Positions 14,378 through 15,706 of a stretch of DNA of 15,706 nucleotides are shown here, in pieces. The translations under genes and the position numbers were made by a program. The notes beneath the pieces were generated by a model, which made no database searches, was not told the origin of the DNA, and saw only the letters and a program-made list of their open reading frames with translations. Positions within the stretch are counted from its first letter, which is position 1. Every line of letters starts with the position of its first letter. Source of the stretch: Abditibacteriaceae bacterium (GTDB taxonomy: Bacteria; Armatimonadota; Abditibacteriia; Abditibacteriales; Abditibacteriaceae); contig JANMKN010000045.1 in NCBI GenBank assembly GCA_031372065.1, positions 1 to 15,706 on the forward strand, given 5' to 3'.

Positions 14378-15706
14378 ATGACTCAACCAAAACTCGAATC
14401 ACTCACTCCGCGCCAGATTGTGGCGGAGTTAGACAAATTTATCGTCGGCCAGCACAACGCCAAAAAAGCCGTCGCGGTTGCCTTGCGCAATCGTTTTCGG
14501 CGCGGGCAACTGTCGGAAGAATTGCGCGCCGATATTATTCCCAAAAACATTTTGATGATCGGGCCAACCGGCGTCGGCAAAACCGAAATCGCGCGGCGTC
14601 TGGCGACTTTGGCAGGCGCGCCGCTCCTAAAAGTGGAAGCGACGAAATTCACCGAAGTCGGCTATGTCGGGCGCGATGTGGATTCGATGGTGCGCGATAT
14701 TACCGACATCGCTGTGGCGATGGTCGAAAAAGAAATGCTTTCCGGCGTGCAAGAGAAAGCAAAAGAACGCGCCGAAGAGCGCCTTTTAGATTTGTTGGTC
14801 GAACGCCCGCAGCCGCGCGCCAAAGCGCAAAATGCGATGGGTTTTTGGGGCGGCGCGACGGAAGACAACAGCGAAGACGAAGCCTATAAAACGCAACTCG
14901 AACAAGCCGAACGCTTGCGCGGGCGCATGAAAGAAAAATTAGAAAACGGCGAACTGGAAAATGCCGAGGTGGAATTGGATGTCGAAGAAAAACAAAGCGG
15001 CAGCGCCCGCGTTTTCACCCCGGCGGGCATGGAAGAAATGGGCTTCGACATGCAGTCCATGTTCTCGAACATGTTTCCCAAAGAGCACAAGCGGCGCAAA
15101 ATGAAAGTCGCCGAAGCGCGCAAAACGCTGCAAGCCGAAGAAGCGCACAAGCTGCTCGACCGCGACGAAGTGATCAGCGAAGCGCTGGTGCGCGTGCAGG
15201 AAACGGGAATCCTGTTCATTGACGAGCTGGACAAAGTCGCCGGACGCGAAGCCGGCGGCAGTTCCAATCCGCAAGTCTCGCGCGAAGGCGTGCAGCGCGA
15301 TTTGCTGCCGATTGTCGAGGGCAGCACCGTGATGACCAAACACGGCCCGGTGTCAACCAATCACATGCTGTTCATCGCGGCGGGCGCGTTTCACGTCTCG
15401 AAGCCGAGCGACCTCATTCCCGAATTGCAGGGCCGCTTCCCGATTCGCGTCGAATTGGAGCCGCTGACCGAAGCCGATTTCCGCCGCATTTTAGTCGAGC
15501 CGCAAAACGCGCTGCTGAAGCAATATCAAGCACTTTTAGGCGCCGATGGCGTGGAAATCGAATTCGAGGACGACGGCATTGACGAAATCGCGCGCCTCGC
15601 CTGCCTGGTCAACGAGCAAACCGAAAACATCGGCGCGCGGCGTTTGCACACCGTCGTCGAACGTCTGCTCGAAGAAATCTCCTTCGAGGCACCCGACAAC
15701 GTCGAA
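14378..15706 (+). CDS. hslU: ATP-dependent protease ATPase subunit HslU (3' end outside window)
   Basis: Translated by hand from ATG 14378: [25 protein letters not shown], '[22 protein letters not shown]', '[15 protein letters not shown]', 'FIDELDK', '[12 protein letters not shown]', '[13 protein letters not shown]', 'NIGARRL'. No stop in the window, so it is absent from the ORF track. Confidence 0.97.
   Translation, partial: MTQPKLESLTPRQIVAELDKFIVGQHNAKKAVAVALRNRFRRGQLSEELRADIIPKNILMIGPTGVGKTEIARRLATLAGAPLLKVEATKFTEVGYVGRDVDSMVRDITDIAVAMVEKEMLSGVQEKAKERAEERLLDLLVERPQPRAKAQNAMGFWGGATEDNSEDEAYKTQLEQAERLRGRMKEKLENGELENAEVELDVEEKQSGSARVFTPAGMEEMGFDMQSMFSNMFPKEHKRRKMKVAEARKTLQAEEAHKLLDRDEVISEALVRVQETGILFIDELDKVAGREAGGSSNPQVSREGVQRDLLPIVEGSTVMTKHGPVSTNHMLFIAAGAFHVSKPSDLIPELQGRFPIRVELEPLTEADFRRILVEPQNALLKQYQALLGADGVEIEFEDDGIDEIARLACLVNEQTENIGARRLHTVVERLLEEISFEAPDNVE

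Noticed and set aside
14383..15360. Minus-strand ORFs listed over the last 1.3 kb
   Set aside because: They are antisense shadows of hslU, which the ORF track missed because its stop lies outside the window.

Overview
A gene-dense, moderately GC-rich bacterial chromosomal segment. Gene content suggests an Armatimonadota/Abditibacteriota-like organism, but that is a weak inference. Left to right: a large DUF6785/DUF6784-type membrane protein (+), a YegS/DAG-kinase-like lipid kinase (-), and mscL (+). A minus-strand run follows, in transcription order: transketolase, acetoacetate-decarboxylase-like protein, frameshifted PhnP-like metallo-beta-lactamase-fold hydrolase, pteridine-reductase-like SDR, exported TlpA-like redoxin, REC-GGDEF diguanylate cyclase. 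A plus-strand run then holds ribokinase, a MazG-like protein, a DUF433 antitoxin, a DUF5615 PIN toxin, hslV, an exported tandem DUF4352-like protein, a Nudix hydrolase and hslU (cut by the window end). Best finding: two ORFs listed separately (5522-5770 and 5210-5494) are one in-frame gene with a TGA at the first Cys position of a thioredoxin-fold CxxC motif (U-G-T-C). A SECIS-like hairpin follows immediately, so this is a probable secreted selenoprotein. Other findings: four inverted heptamer-repeat hairpins at gene junctions, some apparently supplying translation signals; an NPPY methyltransferase-like relic splitting a toxin-antitoxin pair whose toxin overlaps the hslV start; a GTAG REP-like element; and paired 18-bp palindromes at the window start.
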